Shown: piece after piece, positions 61,392 through 64,000 of the stretch
How positions within the stretch are numbered: the first letter of the stretch is position 1
How the letters are laid out: each line of letters starts with the position of its first letter
Virus record (IMG/VR): IMGVR_UViG_3300024303_000011
DNA: 64,000 nucleotides
Origin: a virus
Lineage: Duplodnaviria > Heunggongvirae > Uroviricota > Caudoviricetes
Reading direction: 5' to 3' (one strand)
Translations under genes and position numbers: made by a program
Notes under the pieces: model-generated
What the model saw: the letters and a program-made list of their open reading frames with translations, nothing else
Told to the model about the DNA's origin: nothing
The model's database searches: none

Positions 61392-63651
61392 ATGCATCCA
61401 AAATCATTCACATTCAACTTCAAGGGCGGAGAAATCACAGTATCCGCCCTCAGTTATGCCCAAGCAAAAATCCTTGCCCAAGCCGAAGCAATTAAGCGTG
61501 GCTGGGATTATGAAGTGCTGGACGATTATAGCAATCTGCCCCGAACCTACGCAGAAATTGAGTACACTGCCGAGCGACTGGAATCAGATCCAATAGCAAT
61601 CGAAGGTGCAAAGTGGGACGATATGAATTATCGTCACTATATGGAGCGATAAGGAGGAACTGAAATGAAACGCATCAAGCAAATAACCAAAGAAGCATAC
61701 GACCTCGCCATTGAAGATGGTTGGGACGAGTTTGAAGCCAATCACGGATATGGCATATTCGATGGTGAATACCCAACTCACTACGGAATGATTGACGGTC
61801 AGCACATCGAGCGAATTGACATTATGGCAAGTTGGGCATCTGATATTACAGCGGCTCAACACGCAGAGAAGCACGAAGGAATCAAGATTATCCGAGACAT
61901 TCCCAATTTGTACAAGGTATTCCTTGATACTCCCGAAAACCGAGCCAATATTATGAAGCAAATAGAGGAGGCAAAGAAAAGCAAATGGTAAAGCATTATG
62001 AACTGTATGTAGGCAAAAGAGCCTATATTCCACAGGGCAAAAGAATCATCTACGCTGAATGGGACGGAACGAAATGGATTAAACTTCCGTGGAATGCGAG
62101 GAGGTAAATAAAAATGATGGAGCAGAGAACGCTTAATATCATCCACATCTGCAAAGGCAACACAAAATATTGGAATGGTGTGAGAAAAGACCACGATCTG
62201 TATGATGCCATTCGCAATTATATGGCGGAGGAGTGTATGTATAAGGGTGAATGGTATACGGACGGTGATATTTCAAACCTTCTGTATGAGGCAATGAAGG
62301 ATTATCTCGACCATTGTGATAAGCCAAGCTTCTTTATGTGGTGTTTGAAAGATGTGATGGATAGATGGGGGTACGATATTTACTACTCAATTGCCATTGT
62401 GTTTAATGCCCATACTCAGGTTAAAGATAACAACGGCAATTACATCAACGGCTTTGACGACAGACTTCACAAACTTGATAAGGAGCAGAAGAAATGAAGC
62501 AGGTTATGTTTTATGACAAAGAGAACGATATGAAGCACGGTGGCATTCTTACAGATGATGGAAACATTATCTGTGGTTGTTGCGGAGGCATAATTCCGAG
62601 CGACGAAATTGGAGAAGAACACGACCACCAAATCTTGAAAGTATTTGACTTTTGGGTAAATTTGGACGAAGAAATCTGTGGTGATGATTATTATGAGGAG
62701 GATGAAGACGATGAATGACAAACAACTCGAACAAGCAAAGAAACAACTCCAAGAGGAAATGAGCGCTCTCGGATACGGTTGGATTGACGGCAAGTACATC
62801 AAACCGCCCAAGGAATACGAACTTCGCAACGAAGAAATATCCTGCATCGAAATGATTAACTCAATTCTCGCATATAGTTGCTCCGGTTATACAGAGGCAG
62901 AAAAGGTAATGCGACATGAGGAATCAGCATATCATAATTACCTTGCCGATTATGTAACTCTGTTAGGCAGAAACAAAGTCGTTACCCTCATACAAGGACA
63001 GATCGATTCAATTTCTGGTGTGAAGTGCGGCGTTCATACTGATAGCGAGGGAGTTTCGTACAACTCAATTGTTTGGAAGGAGGAATCAATATGAAACTAC
63101 ACTACAAAATGTCAAAGCAGGAATGGAAAGACCTGCTCATCTATCTTCAAACCATCCCAAATGTACGCCTTACTCACTACGCCGAAACCGACAATGACGG
63201 CTACTTCGTAGATTTCTGTTATGCCACATTTGAGTATAATGGCAACTTCTACTACATTGAGGACGGAAGATATAGTTTGACTGACTTCAGCATATGCAGA
63301 TATTTGAAAACGTCTCCTTATGAAAAACAGCAGAACTCGTATTCCGTTTATATTCATTCAACCGAGCAATTGCTTGAATATATAAACACCGATGGCAGAA
63401 TGGGTGTGCTCAGTGATACACATAAACAGAGGATTTTCTTGACGAGCAACCTCTACACTCTGCGAGATGGAAAAACCGACTTGTGGCGTTTGAAAAATGA
63501 GCTTGCAGGAAACAGAGAGAAAGCAATCCTCGACAACCTTGACTGCATCACTACAATTCAAAATACTCACGATTATCTTGTACTTCGCTTCCACTCCAAA
63601 GATGGAAACTGGTTCGACTATGAAACTAAATCCCGTAGAATTACGGGTTAA
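61392..63651 (+). other. Six or more small hypothetical CDSs (61392-61652, 61665-61991, 62114-62497, 62494-62718, 62711-63094, 63091-63651)
   Basis: RBSs and overlapping starts/stops. Confidence 0.6.
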
Positions 63652-63664
63652 AGGAGAAAGAATT

Positions 63665-64000
63665 ATGACACAGAAAGAACTTGCAATCCAGTGTATGCAG
63701 AAACTCAGCATCTATAAACCCTACATCAAGAAATTCGAAAAAGACGGCACAGTAACCCTGTTCGAGAGATTTGCAGGATATTACATCACGGATGACCAAG
63801 AACCCGAACTGCTGAAGAAAATCAAGGAATTTGAGGCAAGAACAGGCTCTCTTGTGTATGCCGTGACCCACGAAATGTTTGAGTTCGGCGAATGTTACAG
63901 TTTTCTCTGCGTATCCAAATACGAGGAAGATTGGCAATTCACCATCGAGGATGGAATCTACGGCTCATATGTGTGGTCGTATGTATGGAACAAAAACATT
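63665..64000 (+). CDS. Hypothetical protein, runs off the right edge
   Basis: AAGGAG RBS; MTQKELAIQCMQKL... open to the window end. Confidence 0.7.
   Translation, partial: MTQKELAIQCMQKLSIYKPYIKKFEKDGTVTLFERFAGYYITDDQEPELLKKIKEFEARTGSLVYAVTHEMFEFGECYSFLCVSKYEEDWQFTIEDGIYGSYVWSYVWNKNI

Overview
This 64-kb window is a segment of a large SPbeta-like siphophage or prophage, probably of a Clostridia/Firmicutes host (inferred from sigmaA-type promoters, GGAGG RBSs and gene content). Positions 1-56 kb are transcribed leftward and hold four blocks. (i) A ~22-kb fibre/appendage array at 1-21.7 kb, with YadA-head fibres, five proteins sharing an Mtd_N-like 'KIGDG' module and a 2020-aa CotH-kinase-like/LRR protein. 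(ii) A major tail protein gene split by an ORF-less group I intron at 22615-22996, followed by neck, capsid, protease/scaffold, portal and terminase genes. (iii) An SPbeta yonJ/yonK/yonN/yonO-like block with six tRNAs, a ClpP-like protease and a YonO-like single-subunit RNA polymerase whose catalytic motif reads DYDAD. (iv) An accessory cluster with Thg1-like, phosphoesterase and cyclic-phosphate receiver-domain genes. At ~55.4-57.1 kb lie a DUF6291/HTH initiator-like gene, iteron-like repeats, an AT-rich tract, a ~0.8-kb G/T-rich non-coding stretch with a G-quadruplex motif, and a 12-bp inverted repeat near the strand switch. Beyond it, small rightward genes (probably early) begin. Three leftward promoters share the same three-part architecture, and an ACAAAATGATT motif recurs at operon starts. 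No integrase, tape measure, reverse transcriptase or CRISPR array is visible. All family assignments come from motif recognition by eye, not database searches.
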